The notes beneath the pieces are model-generated. The model saw only the letters and a program-made list of their open reading frames with translations. It searched no databases and had not been told where the DNA came from. 64,000 nt of DNA from Escherichia coli (GTDB lineage Bacteria > Pseudomonadota > Gammaproteobacteria > Enterobacterales > Enterobacteriaceae), in NCBI RefSeq assembly GCF_965641715.1, contig NZ_OZ282453.1; one strand, written 5' to 3'. Positions 47,012 to 58,340 of this stretch are shown here, piece after piece. Both the position numbers and the translations under genes were made by a program. Positions within the stretch are counted from its first letter, which is position 1; each line of letters opens with the position of its first letter.

Positions 47012-48265
47012 TTACGCACGAATGGTGTAATCACCAATGCCGATCCACTTGTAAGTGGTCAGTGCTTCCAGCCCCATTGGGCCACGCGCGTGGAGTTTTT
47101 GTGTGCTTACCGCCACTTCCGCACCCAGTCCAAACTGGCCGCCGTCGGTAAAACGCGTAGAGGCGTTAACGTAAACAGCGGACGAATCCACTTCGTTAAC
47201 AAAACGCTGGGCGTTGCGCATATCGCGGGTCAGGATCGCATCGGAGTGTTGTGTGCCGTGTTCACGAATATGGGCGATGGCATCGTCAAGATCGCTGACG
47301 ATTTTGACGTTCAAATCTAATGACAGAAACTCATCGTCATACTCTTCGGCTTTAACCGCCACCACCTTCGCGGGGCCTGCCTGCAACTGTGTCAGCGCAG
47401 CTGCATCTGCGTGTACTGTCACGCCGCTTTCCGCCATTTGTTTGCTTAATGCGGGCAGGAAGCTATCGGCGATGTTTTTATTCACCAGCAACGTTTCTAC
47501 CGTATTACATGTGCTCGGACGCTGAGTTTTCGCGTTGACGATCACTTTTAATGCTTCAGCGATCTCTGCACTTTCATCAACGTAAATATGGCATACGCCT
47601 ATACCACCTGTGATCACCGGGATCGTCGACTGTTCGCGGCACAGTTTATGCAAACCAGCCCCGCCGCGCGGGATCAGCATGTCGATGTATTTATCCATAC
47701 GCAGCATTTCACTGACCAGCGCACGGTCAGGATTATCAATCGCCTGCACGGCACCCGCCGGTAAGCCACAGGATTTCAGGGCGTCCTGAATCACCGCCAC
47801 CGTTGCAGCGTTAGTGCGACAGGTTTCTTTGCCACCGCGCAGGATCACCGCGTTACCTGTTTTCAGGCACAGCGAAGCGACATCAACCGTCACGTTCGGG
47901 CGCGCTTCATAAATCACGCCAATAACCCCCAGCGGTACGCGACGACGCTCAAGACGCAGGCCGCTGTCCAGTACGCCGCCATCGATTACCTGCCCCACCG
48001 GATCGGCGAGGTTGCACACCTGGCGCACATCATCGGCAATGCCTTTCAGCCGTGCGGGCGTCAGTGCCAGACGGTCAAGCATCGCTTCGCTAAGGCCATT
48101 GGCACGCGCGTCAGCAACATCCTGGGCGTTAGCGTTGAGGATGATTTCGCTTTGTGCTTCCAGTTCATCGGCGATTTTTTCCAGCACGCGATTTTTTTCG
48201 CGGCTGGAGAGTTGCGCTAATTTATACGAGGCTTGCTTCGCGGCAATGCCCATTTGTTCCAGCAT
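47012..48265 (-). CDS. proA: Gamma-glutamyl phosphate reductase
   Basis: 417 aa, full-length match to ProA by recollection. Confidence 0.95.
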   Translation of the reverse strand: MLEQMGIAAKQASYKLAQLSSREKNRVLEKIADELEAQSEIILNANAQDVADARANGLSEAMLDRLALTPARLKGIADDVRQVCNLADPVGQVIDGGVLDSGLRLERRRVPLGVIGVIYEARPNVTVDVASLCLKTGNAVILRGGKETCRTNAATVAVIQDALKSCGLPAGAVQAIDNPDRALVSEMLRMDKYIDMLIPRGGAGLHKLCREQSTIPVITGGIGVCHIYVDESAEIAEALKVIVNAKTQRPSTCNTVETLLVNKNIADSFLPALSKQMAESGVTVHADAAALTQLQAGPAKVVAVKAEEYDDEFLSLDLNVKIVSDLDDAIAHIREHGTQHSDAILTRDMRNAQRFVNEVDSSAVYVNASTRFTDGGQFGLGAEVAVSTQKLHARGPMGLEALTTYKWIGIGDYTIRA

Positions 48266-48276
48266 CGGCCAGCTCC

Positions 48277-49380
48277 TTAACGGGTAATCATGTCATCACG
48301 GTGAACGGCAACCGGGCCGTATTCATATCCCAGTATTGCATCAATTTCTTGCGAGTGGTGTCCGGCAATACGGCGTAATGCATCGCTGTTGTAACGACTG
48401 ACGCCGTGGGCGATATCGCGACCTTCGAGGTTACAAATGCGGATGACTTCACCACGCGAGAAATTGCCAGTCACGCTTTTAATGCCTTTCGGCAACAGGG
48501 AGCTGCCGCGTTCAAGAATGGCGGCAGTTGCCCCTTCATCTACCGTGATTTCACCCGCCGGCGGCGCACCGAAAATCCAGCGTTTACGGTTTTCAAGCGG
48601 AGTCGCCTGGGCATGGAACAGCGTACCGACGGAAATGCCTTCCATCACATCACCAATGACGCCCGGCTTGCTGCCCGCGGCAATAATGGTGTCGATACCC
48701 GCACGGCAAGCCACGTCCGCGGCCTGCAATTTGGTACTCATGCCGCCAGTTCCGAGGCCTGAAACGCTGTCACCGGCAATCGCGCGCAGTGCGTCATCAA
48801 TGCCGTAAACATCTTTAATCAGTTCTGCCTGCGGATTGCTGCGCGGGTCAGCGGTATACAAACCTTTTTGATCGGTCAGCAGCAACAGTTTATCGGCACC
48901 CGCCAGAATCGCCGCCAGCGCAGAAAGGTTGTCGTTATCGCCGACTTTAATCTCTGCCGTAGCGACAGCATCGTTCTCATTGATTACCGGAACGATATTG
49001 TTATCGAGCAACGCACGCAGGGTGTCGCGGGCGTTCAGGAAGCGTTCACGGTCTTCCATATCAGCACGAGTCAGCAGCATTTGCCCGACGTGAATGCCAT
49101 AAATCGAAAACAGCTGTTCCCACAGTTGAATCAGTCGACTCTGCCCTACCGCCGCCAGCAGTTGTTTCGAGGCGATAGTCGCTGGCAGTTCCGGGTAACC
49201 CAGGTGCTCACGTCCGGCGGCGATCGCGCCCGACGTCACAATAACAATCCGATGCCCGGCGGCATGTAACTGCGCGCACTGGCGAACAAGTTCAACGATA
49301 TGGGCACGGTTCAGACGGCGCGATCCGCCTGTTAGCACACTGGTGCCGAGTTTTACCACCAGCGTCTGGCTGTCACTCAT
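48277..49380 (-). CDS. proB: Glutamate 5-kinase
   Basis: Start at [19 protein letters not shown] (367 aa); the ORF track extends 29 codons upstream. Confidence 0.95.
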
Positions 49381-49667
49381 GATTCTCTGCCATTCAATTT
49401 TAGGAAAAATGATATCAAACGAACGTTTTAGCAGGACTGTCGTCGGTTGCCAACCATCTGCGAGCAAAGCATGGTGTTTTGTTGCGCGGGATCAGCAAGC
49501 CTAGCGGCAGTTGTTTACGCTTTTATTACAGATTTAATAAATTACCACATTTTAAGAATATTATTAATCTGTAATATATCTTTAACAATCTCAGGTTAAA
49601 AACTTTCCTGTTTTCAACGGGACTCTCCCGCTGAATATTCGCGCGTTAATTAAAATCAGGAATGAAA

Positions 49668-50723
49668 ATGAAAAAGAGCACTCTGGCATTAGTGGTGATG
49701 GGCATTGTGGCATCTGCATCCGTACAGGCCGCAGAAATATATAACAAAGACGGTAATAAACTGGATGTCTATGGCAAAGTTAAAGCCATGCATTATATGA
49801 GTGATAACGACAGTAAAGATGGCGACCAGAGTTATATCCGTTTTGGTTTTAAAGGCGAAACACAAATTAACGATCAACTGACTGGTTATGGTCGTTGGGA
49901 AGCAGAGTTTGCCGGTAATAAAGCAGAGAGTGATACTGCACAGCAAAAAACGCGTCTCGCTTTTGCCGGGTTGAAATATAAAGATTTGGGTTCTTTCGAC
50001 TATGGCCGTAACCTGGGCGCGTTGTATGACGTGGAAGCCTGGACCGATATGTTCCCGGAATTTGGTGGCGACTCCTCGGCGCAGACCGACAACTTTATGA
50101 CCAAACGCGCCAGCGGTCTGGCGACGTATCGGAACACCGACTTCTTCGGCGTTATCGATGGCCTGAACTTAACCCTGCAATATCAAGGGAAAAACGAAAA
50201 CCGCGACGTTAAAAAGCAAAACGGCGATGGCTTCGGCACGTCATTGACATATGACTTTGGCGGCAGCGATTTCGCCATTAGTGGGGCCTATACCAACTCA
50301 GATCGCACCAACGAGCAGAACCTGCAAAGCCGTGGCACAGGCAAGCGTGCAGAAGCATGGGCTACAGGTCTGAAATACGATGCCAATAATATTTATCTGG
50401 CAACTTTTTATTCTGAAACACGCAAAATGACGCCAATAACTGGCGGCTTTGCCAATAAGACACAGAACTTTGAAGCGGTCGCTCAATACCAGTTTGACTT
50501 TGGTCTGCGTCCATCGCTGGGTTATGTCTTATCGAAAGGGAAAGATATTGAAGGTATCGGTGATGAAGATATGGTCAATTATATCGATGTCGGGGCTACA
50601 TATTATTTCAACAAAAATATGTCAGCGTTTGTTGATTATAAAATCAACCAACTGGATAGCGATAACAAATTGAATATTAATAATGATGATATTGTCGCGG
50701 TTGGCATGACCTATCAGTTTTAA
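49668..50723 (+). CDS. phoE: Outer-membrane phosphoporin
   Basis: 351 aa from [21 protein letters not shown]; porin C-terminus ...GMTYQF. Confidence 0.95.
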   Translation: MKKSTLALVVMGIVASASVQAAEIYNKDGNKLDVYGKVKAMHYMSDNDSKDGDQSYIRFGFKGETQINDQLTGYGRWEAEFAGNKAESDTAQQKTRLAFAGLKYKDLGSFDYGRNLGALYDVEAWTDMFPEFGGDSSAQTDNFMTKRASGLATYRNTDFFGVIDGLNLTLQYQGKNENRDVKKQNGDGFGTSLTYDFGGSDFAISGAYTNSDRTNEQNLQSRGTGKRAEAWATGLKYDANNIYLATFYSETRKMTPITGGFANKTQNFEAVAQYQFDFGLRPSLGYVLSKGKDIEGIGDEDMVNYIDVGATYYFNKNMSAFVDYKINQLDSDNKLNINNDDIVAVGMTYQF

Positions 50724-50761
50724 TGATTATTGCCGGATGTGATGCATCCGGCATATTTCAC

Positions 50762-51220
<459 letters not shown>

Positions 51221-52465
51221 TTAACACAAACGTTTTTCGATCCATTCTGTGATTTCCTGAAGACCTTTGTCAAAATTCCGATACACCGGGTTAAATGGGA
51301 TCTCTAATAATTTACCGTCAGCAGATGATGAGGTGATTAAGCGTGAGTCCTCTTCCGGGCTGAACGGATCGTTCTTCCAGTAGCCTGATAACATTGGCGT
51401 TGGGCAGCGACGTCCCAGCAATCCTTGCACTTTTAATGAATAGCGATTCAGCTCCACGCGCAACGCTTCGTCGGAAGCATCATGCATCCCCAAACGACTG
51501 GCCAGAACGTCAAGATACATTTCCGGCACCTGTTGCTGGCACTTAAAATCACTCAACAGGGTATGAACTACCGGACCAAGACAGGCAACCGCTTTCAGAC
51601 GCGGCGATTCAAGGTATGCCAGACGCACGGCAACGTTAGCGCCGAAACGGAAACCAAAGGCCGCGACGCGAGTGTGATCCACCCACGGTACGTTAGGCAG
51701 TGCCTTTAAGACGTGCTGATGCAACAGGCTGGAGTCCTGGGTGAGCTTCCATTTTGAAGAAAAGCCCACCGACGGCATATCAATAGTCAGCATCGCAATG
51801 CCGCGCGGCGCAAAATAACGTTCATACAGGCTGTAATAGTCCGTCTGCATCGCATCCAGACCACCACACATTAATACCGTCGGGAACGGGCCATCGCCTT
51901 TCGGCATATGCAAAAAGCCGGTGATGGGCGCACCGCCAGGTACGGTAAACTCCATCTGCCGCATCGTGCCCGGTAGACGCTGAGCGGCCTCTTCATAGGC
52001 GCGGTTTGACAAAGCCTGCGCTTGCTCGGCCAGGTCATCTCCTTTCAGATGAGGATAGGCGGCAATGTTGTACAACGTAGCCGCATGCAGCCAGTGACGA
52101 CCACTGAGTTGCGGATCTTCTTCCGCACAGGCTTTTTGTTGCCACACCATCGCCTGGGTGGCCCACTCATAAATCCAGTTGCCGCCACGGTAGCCAATCA
52201 CCGTATCGTATAAATCATCGTCGGTACGTTCGGCATCGCTCATCACAATACGTGCCTGGACGTCGAGGATTTCGCGTGGGTCAATGCCGCGCCAGATCCA
52301 CATCAGACGGTTAATCATGCGATACCAGTGAGGGATGGTTTTACCATCAAGGGCCGACTGCACAGGCGGTTGTGCGCCGTGATTAAAGCGGCGGACTAGC
52401 GTCGAGGTTTCAGGATGTTTAAAGCGGGGTTTGAACAGGGTTTCGCTCAGGTTTGCCTGTGTCAT
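51221..52465 (-). CDS. frsA: Fermentation/respiration switch esterase
   Basis: 414 aa; alpha/beta hydrolase. Confidence 0.9.
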   Translation of the reverse strand: MTQANLSETLFKPRFKHPETSTLVRRFNHGAQPPVQSALDGKTIPHWYRMINRLMWIWRGIDPREILDVQARIVMSDAERTDDDLYDTVIGYRGGNWIYEWATQAMVWQQKACAEEDPQLSGRHWLHAATLYNIAAYPHLKGDDLAEQAQALSNRAYEEAAQRLPGTMRQMEFTVPGGAPITGFLHMPKGDGPFPTVLMCGGLDAMQTDYYSLYERYFAPRGIAMLTIDMPSVGFSSKWKLTQDSSLLHQHVLKALPNVPWVDHTRVAAFGFRFGANVAVRLAYLESPRLKAVACLGPVVHTLLSDFKCQQQVPEMYLDVLASRLGMHDASDEALRVELNRYSLKVQGLLGRRCPTPMLSGYWKNDPFSPEEDSRLITSSSADGKLLEIPFNPVYRNFDKGLQEITEWIEKRLC

Positions 52466-52556
52466 GGATGCAGCCTCCAGAATACTTACTGGAAACTATT
52501 GTAACCTGCCTGAAGTTAAAAAGAACAACGCCCGGCAATGCCAGGCGTTGAAAAGA

Positions 52557-53015
52557 TTAGCGACCGGAGATTGGCGGGACGAATACGACGCCCATATCCC
52601 ACGGCTGTTCGATCCAGGTATCTTGCGGGATATCAACAACATAATCATCAACCAGCGGACGACCAGCCGGTTTTGCAAAGATGGTGACAAAGTGCGCTTT
52701 TGGATACATTTCACGAATCGCAACCGCAGTACCACCGGTATCCACCAGGTCATCAATAACGATGAAGCCTTCGCCATCGCCTTCTGCGCGTTTCAGCACT
52801 TTAAGCTCGCGCTGGTTGTCGTGATCGTAGCTGGAAATACAAACGGTATCGACATGACGAATACCCAGTTCACGCGCCAGTAACGCACCCGGTACCAGAC
52901 CGCCACGGCTTACGGCAATAATGCCTTTCCATTGTTCAGAAGGCATCAGTCGGCTTGCGAGTTTACGTGCATGGATCTGCAACATGTCCCAGGTGACGAT
53001 GTATTTTTCGCTCAT
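52557..53015 (-). CDS. gpt: Xanthine-guanine phosphoribosyltransferase
   Basis: 152 aa [20 protein letters not shown]...; PRTase motif [12 protein letters not shown]. Confidence 0.95.
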
Positions 53016-53275
53016 GTGAAGTGTCCCAGCCTGTTTATCTACGGCTTAAAAAGTGTTCGAGGGGAAAATAGGTTGCGCGAGATTATAGAGATCTGGCGCA
53101 CTAAAAACCAGTATTTCACATGAGTCCGCGTCTTTTTACGCACTGCCTCTCCCTGACGCGGGATAAAGTGGTATTCTCAAACATATCTCGCAAGCATGTC
53201 TTGTGTTGACAACATTTTCTGCTAACCCTGTGACCTGCAATACTGTTTTGCGGGTGATCGACAAGGAGACTTAAC

Positions 53276-54733
53276 GTGTCTGAACTGTCTCAATTATCTC
53301 CACAGCCGCTGTGGGATATTTTTGCCAAAATCTGTTCTATTCCTCACCCGTCCTATCATGAAGAGCAACTCGCTGAATACATTGTTGGTTGGGCAAAAGA
53401 GAAAGGTTTCCATGTCGAACGCGATCAGGTAGGTAATATCCTGATTCGTAAACCTGCTACAGCAGGTATGGAAAATCGTAAACCGGTCGTCTTGCAGGCC
53501 CACCTCGATATGGTGCCGCAGAAAAATAACGACACCGTGCATGACTTCACGAAAGATCCTATCCAGCCTTATATTGATGGCGAATGGGTTAAAGCGCGCG
53601 GCACCACGCTGGGTGCGGATAACGGCATTGGTATGGCCTCTGCACTGGCGGTTCTGGCTGACGAAAACGTGGTTCACGGTCCGCTGGAAGTGCTGCTGAC
53701 TATGACCGAAGAAGCCGGTATGGACGGTGCTTTTGGCTTACAGAGCAACTGGTTGCAGGCTGATATTCTGATTAACACCGACTCCGAAGAAGAAGGTGAA
53801 ATCTACATGGGTTGCGCGGGGGGTATCGACTTCACCTCCAACCTGCATTTAGATCGTGAAGCGGTTCCAGCTAGTTTTGAAACCTTCAAGTTAACCTTAA
53901 AAGGTCTGAAAGGCGGTCACTCCGGCGGTGAAATCCACGTTGGCCTCGGTAATGCCAACAAACTGCTGGTGCGCTTCCTGGCGGGTCATGCAGAAGAACT
54001 GGACCTGCGTCTTATCGATTTCAACGGCGGCACACTGCGTAACGCCATCCCGCGTGAAGCCTTTGCGACCATTGCTGTCGCAGCTGATAAAGTCGACGCC
54101 CTGAAATCTCTGGTGAATACCTATCAGGAGATCCTGAAAAACGAGCTGGCAGAGAAAGAGAAAAATCTGGCCTTGTTGCTGGACTCTGTAGCGAACGATA
54201 AAGCTGCCCTGATTGCGAAATCTCGCGATACCTTTATTCGTCTGCTGAACGCCACCCCGAACGGTGTGATCCGCAATTCCGACGTGGCAAAAGGTGTGGT
54301 CGAAACCTCCCTGAACGTCGGTGTGGTGACCATGACTGACAATAACGTAGAAATTCACTGCCTGATCCGTTCTCTGATCGACAGCGGTAAAGACTACGTG
54401 GTGAGCATGCTGGATTCGCTGGGTAAACTGGCTGGCGCGAAAACCGAAGCGAAAGGCGCATATCCTGGCTGGCAGCCGGACGCTAATTCTCCGGTGATGC
54501 ATCTGGTACGTGAAACCTATCAGCGTCTGTTCAACAAAACGCCGAACATCCAGATTATCCACGCGGGCCTGGAATGTGGTCTGTTCAAAAAACCGTATCC
54601 GGAAATGGACATGGTTTCTATCGGGCCAACAATCACCGGTCCACACTCTCCGGATGAGCAAGTTCACATCGAAAGCGTAGGTCATTACTGGACACTGCTG
54701 ACTGAACTGCTGAAAGAAATTCCGGCGAAGTAA
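53276..54733 (+). CDS. pepD: Cytosol nonspecific dipeptidase (aminoacyl-histidine dipeptidase)
   Basis: 485 aa; M20-family metallopeptidase. Confidence 0.95.
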   Translation: MSELSQLSPQPLWDIFAKICSIPHPSYHEEQLAEYIVGWAKEKGFHVERDQVGNILIRKPATAGMENRKPVVLQAHLDMVPQKNNDTVHDFTKDPIQPYIDGEWVKARGTTLGADNGIGMASALAVLADENVVHGPLEVLLTMTEEAGMDGAFGLQSNWLQADILINTDSEEEGEIYMGCAGGIDFTSNLHLDREAVPASFETFKLTLKGLKGGHSGGEIHVGLGNANKLLVRFLAGHAEELDLRLIDFNGGTLRNAIPREAFATIAVAADKVDALKSLVNTYQEILKNELAEKEKNLALLLDSVANDKAALIAKSRDTFIRLLNATPNGVIRNSDVAKGVVETSLNVGVVTMTDNNVEIHCLIRSLIDSGKDYVVSMLDSLGKLAGAKTEAKGAYPGWQPDANSPVMHLVRETYQRLFNKTPNIQIIHAGLECGLFKKPYPEMDMVSIGPTITGPHSPDEQVHIESVGHYWTLLTELLKEIPAK

Positions 54734-54789
54734 TTATTTGATTTGCTGCCGGATGGCGTTTAATCGCCTTCCGGCAGTTTCATCCTTCA

Positions 54790-55336
54790 TTATCCTTCGA
54801 TAAATGCCATCCCTGTAAACGTTCGTCGCGGGTTGCCACGTTCAATCTGGTGATGGAACATTCGCCGCTGCGATTTCAGCGCCGCGCTATTTTCCTGTTG
54901 CTGTTGCTCCAGCTTCCAGGCAATCAGCAATCGCGCCAGCCGTTTGTTAGCATGCTGGCTGCGTTCTGACTGAACCTTCACGCTAATCCCGGTTGCCAGA
55001 TGCGTGGCGCGTACCGCCGAGTCGGTTTTATTGACATGTTGACCGCCCGGCCCCGACGAACGCAGCGTGTCAGGATAACGCCCGGCTTCGGTTTCCAGCA
55101 CCGTTACCGCGACGTCTTGTCGGGTAAAAACGACCAACAGAGAAGAACGCTGCGCCAATCGGGTAGCCGCGTCCGGGGTGTAAATCTGGCATCCCCACTA
55201 CGCGCTGCATGTTGGGTAAATTTGCCGTGGTGTGTAATTGTTGGATCGCTAAACTCTCGATCCACAGGTCATCAGATGCGATGGTAAATACCGCATCGGA
55301 TAAGGGACGAATATATTTGCCCATGTACCATTCCAT
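54790..55336 (-). pseudogene. prfH: Remnant of an rtcB-like / prfH module: RtcB N-terminal fragment fused out of frame to the PrfH C-terminal part
   Basis: 55070-55336 encodes an RtcB-like N-terminus ([18 protein letters not shown]); 54790-55158 encodes the release-factor GGQ region ([10 protein letters not shown]); overlapping, frame-discordant ORFs. Confidence 0.55.
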
Positions 55337-55465
55337 TTATACTCGTCATACTTCAAGTTGCATGTACTGCGACTGCGTTCGTTCACCCCAGTCACTTACT
55401 TATGTAAGCTCCTGGGGATTCACTCGCTTGTCGCCTTCCTGCAACTCGAATTATTTAGAGTATAT
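55337..55465. repeat. ERIC (enterobacterial repetitive intergenic consensus) element
   Basis: Contains atgtaagctcctggggattcac and aagtaagtgactggggtgaacg (reverse strand), matching the ERIC core as I recall it; terminal inverted repeats. Confidence 0.7.
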
Positions 55466-55641
55466 AAATATAAAAATCAGGAAATGGCAGACGAATCCAG
55501 GGCAAGAAAAAAAGAATTAATCCTGGAAAGGTCTGCAAAGAGTCATTGATAAAGGATTTGTCATGATTTACCTCCTTGCAGTTTGTGGAATAAGAAAACG
55601 CGCACATACCAGGCGGGCGTTATTTTCATTGCAAGCTGGAT

Positions 55642-56094
55642 TTAATGTTGCGGTTTATATCGCATATAAAAATTAGTAAACCAAGCTCCACGGCATTCAA
55701 CGCGCTGCTGCTTAACTGTCTGAAAACCATAACGTTCAAAAAAGGGTTTTGCGGTTATGCTGGCGTCCACCGTAAGTTCGGATTCAGACTTAATCAAAGG
55801 TTTTAACAAAGCGCTGGCAACCCCACGGCGGGTGTATTCAGGGTCAACAAATAACATATCGATATAATGTTCAATGCGGGAAATAAAACCAACCGGTTGT
55901 GCATTAATGACTGCAACCCGCACTTGTGATTTCGCGAGTTTCTCCTTCCAGCGAGATTCGTCAATCTGCGCCCAGGCGGCAATTTGTTGTGGTGAATAAT
56001 GCTGACTGGCGGTCATCATAACCGCTCTAATGAAAATAGCGCATAGTTGCTGAAAATCGCCAGGCTGATAGTTTCTTATTTGTATGTTATTCAT
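55642..56094 (-). CDS. yafP: GNAT-family acetyltransferase
   Basis: 150 aa from MNNIQIRNYQPGDFQQL; the ORF track includes a 20-codon upstream extension. Confidence 0.85.
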   Translation of the reverse strand: MNNIQIRNYQPGDFQQLCAIFIRAVMMTASQHYSPQQIAAWAQIDESRWKEKLAKSQVRVAVINAQPVGFISRIEHYIDMLFVDPEYTRRGVASALLKPLIKSESELTVDASITAKPFFERYGFQTVKQQRVECRGAWFTNFYMRYKPQH

Positions 56095-56123
56095 AATGTA
56101 AGTTTTGTTTTGAATACCCGCAT
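56091..56123 (-). pseudogene. yafO: yafO toxin remnant: 10 codons (MRVFKTKLTL, stop) between yafN and yafP
   Basis: ATG 2 bp after the yafN stop encodes MRVFKTKL (as the K-12 YafO N-terminus, by recollection) then terminates; the ~130-codon body is absent. Confidence 0.5.
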
Positions 56124-56125
56124 CC

Positions 56126-56419
56126 TTATTCCTTAAAGTCATTGAAATCATCATCCGTCATATCATTAAGATATTGTTCAGCGCGGCGTGTAATTTCCTC
56201 TAATCTTGCAGCACTTGGACGGAAGCGCGCCTTTATGGGCTTTTTCTCCTCTTGTTCAGCAAGCATGTCCATTAACGCTTCGAATGCGCTGGCACTTAAG
56301 AGATATCCTGCGGGGCGATTATTAGAAAGAACCGCAACCGGTTGATCAATAAAGTATTTAGCTGGGTTTTTACGTAACTCAGTAATATTGACCGATTTTT
56401 CAGCGAGAATTCGATGCAT
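56126..56419 (-). CDS. yafN: Type II antitoxin YafN
   Basis: 97 aa MHRILAEKSVNITELRKNPAKYF... Confidence 0.85.
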   Translation of the reverse strand: MHRILAEKSVNITELRKNPAKYFIDQPVAVLSNNRPAGYLLSASAFEALMDMLAEQEEKKPIKARFRPSAARLEEITRRAEQYLNDMTDDDFNDFKE

Positions 56420-56470
56420 ACAGTGATCCCCTCATAATAATGCACACTAGAATAGACATAATAGTATACA

Positions 56471-57526
56471 TCATAATCCCAGCACCAGTTGTCTTTCCAT
56501 TTGAGGGTCAAGCAACGTCACATGCAGCCCCACCAGTCGCACACCGCGCCCACCGCGGCGTTCATCCCAGGTTTTACGCGCGGTGGCGATTAGATCAGCT
56601 TTATTCAGCCGCGGCCAGACGTGCTCCTGGGTGGTTTGCTGAAAATCGTCGAACTTTAATTTCACCCCCTGGCGAGCAATCAGTAAATCAGGTTTTACCT
56701 TTGCCAGACGGCGTTCAAGTTCCGGATACAGCCGCTCGATAATCGCTTCACATTCAGACCAGTGATGAATATCTTCCGCCATCGTGCGTTCCACGCCGAC
56801 GGATTTTCGTAACCGTTCGCTGTTAACATCGCGCTCGTCAATCCCCTGACTACGCTCCCACAAAATGCGGCCAAATTTGCCAAAGCGTTTAAGCAGAATC
56901 ACCAGATCACACTTTTGTACATCACCGCAGGTCCGCAGCCCCATCGCTTCCAGTTTTGCCGCCGAGACTTTGCCGACGCCGGGGATTTTTGCCAGCGGTA
57001 AGGTTTGCAGAAATGCCGGAACTTCTGCCGGAGTAATCACAAACTGGCCGTTGGGTTTATTCATGTCGGAGGCGATTTTGGCGAGAAACTTTACTGGTGC
57101 CACGCCCGCAGACGCCGTCAGTTGCAGCTCGCTGAAAATCGTCTGGCGGATTTCCTGGGCGATGAGGGTCGCAGAACCGTGGCAATGGACGCTGTCGGTG
57201 ACATCGAGATAAGCCTCATCCAGTGACAACGGCTCAATGCGCGAGGTGTAGCGCGAGAAGATTTCACGGATATGATTTGAGGCTTCTTTGTAGGCGTCAA
57301 AGCGCCCCGGAAGCAAGGTGAGATGTGGGCATAATTTGAGCGCCATCCCTGTCGGCATAGCGCTGCGTACGCCAAATTTACGCGCGGGATAATTGGCGGT
57401 GCTGATCACCCCCCGACGTTCGCGGCTGCCGCCAATAGCAATAGGGATATCGCGCAGGGCGGGATTGTCGCGCATCTCCACTGCGGCGAAAAAGCAGTCC
57501 ATATCCACATGAATGATTTTACGCAT
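56471..57526 (-). CDS. dinB: DNA polymerase IV (Y-family)
   Basis: 351 aa [22 protein letters not shown]... Confidence 0.95.
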   Translation of the reverse strand: MRKIIHVDMDCFFAAVEMRDNPALRDIPIAIGGSRERRGVISTANYPARKFGVRSAMPTGMALKLCPHLTLLPGRFDAYKEASNHIREIFSRYTSRIEPLSLDEAYLDVTDSVHCHGSATLIAQEIRQTIFSELQLTASAGVAPVKFLAKIASDMNKPNGQFVITPAEVPAFLQTLPLAKIPGVGKVSAAKLEAMGLRTCGDVQKCDLVILLKRFGKFGRILWERSQGIDERDVNSERLRKSVGVERTMAEDIHHWSECEAIIERLYPELERRLAKVKPDLLIARQGVKLKFDDFQQTTQEHVWPRLNKADLIATARKTWDERRGGRGVRLVGLHVTLLDPQMERQLVLGL

Positions 57527-57596
57527 TACTCACCTCTCAACACTGGTAAAGTATACAGTGATTTCAGGGTTTGAGAAATGCGTAAAGATTCAGCAT

Positions 57597-58340
57597 TTAG
57601 CGCGTTCGCTGCGAAAGCACCTGCTGCTTATCCAGCTTTTGCACCAGCGGCTGCACCACTTTATCCCCATGCTGACCAAAGTATTGATACAGCGTATCGG
57701 ACGCACTTTTGGTCAGCACCATAATCTCAATACGCCGATTGCCCGCGCTTTGCGGATTTTTGGCATCCAGCAGCATCTGGTCAGCCATTGCGCTTACCTG
57801 CATCACTTTATCTTCCGGCATTCCGGCCTCTTCCAGCACCCGACGAGCCGAAAGCGCGCGATCGCCCGAAAGGTTCCAGTTGTTGTAGATATTGTTTTTG
57901 TAGGCCATCGCATCGGTATGCCCGGTAATAATAATTTTGTTATCGAGCGAGTCGAACACTGGCGCGAGCTCCACCAGCAGCGTTTTAAAGAACGGCATAA
58001 TCTGCGCGCTGCCGCGTTCAAACATATTGCGGTTCTGGTCGTCTTTAATCAGCACGCGTAATCCCTGCGGGACAATCTCCATCTCCAGATTCGCTTCCAT
58101 ATGCGCATCACGGGCAATGGTGTTGATACTGGTTGCCAACTCGCCAAGCTCGGTGGCGGATTTCTTCTTCAGCAGCGCCGTTTTCTCATTCACATCACGC
58201 GCTTTTTTCTCCGTCTCTTCCGGCACCGCCACGGTGGCAGGTTTTGGCGGATGAGACGGGCTGATTTTATTTAACGGCGACAGCCCACCACCGTTAAAAA
58301 TCGACTGCCCGTGCAGCGCGGCGATAATGCTTTCACGCTC
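57597..58340 (-). pseudogene. mbhA: MotB-like (LafU/MbhA) fragment lacking N-terminal TM region; Flag-2 remnant
   Basis: C-terminal OmpA-like domain (IIITGHTDAMAY...NRRIEIMV); the N-terminal 50 codons of the ORF are antisense readthrough of the flhA-like sequence. Confidence 0.6.

Noticed and set aside
49381-49467. 29-codon N-terminal extension of proB in the ORF track
   Set aside because: The conserved ProB N-terminus begins at the internal Met ([12 protein letters not shown]); the extension is unconserved upstream sequence.
53897-54685. 262-aa minus-strand ORF inside pepD
   Set aside because: Antisense to the full-length PepD reading frame; no independent signal.
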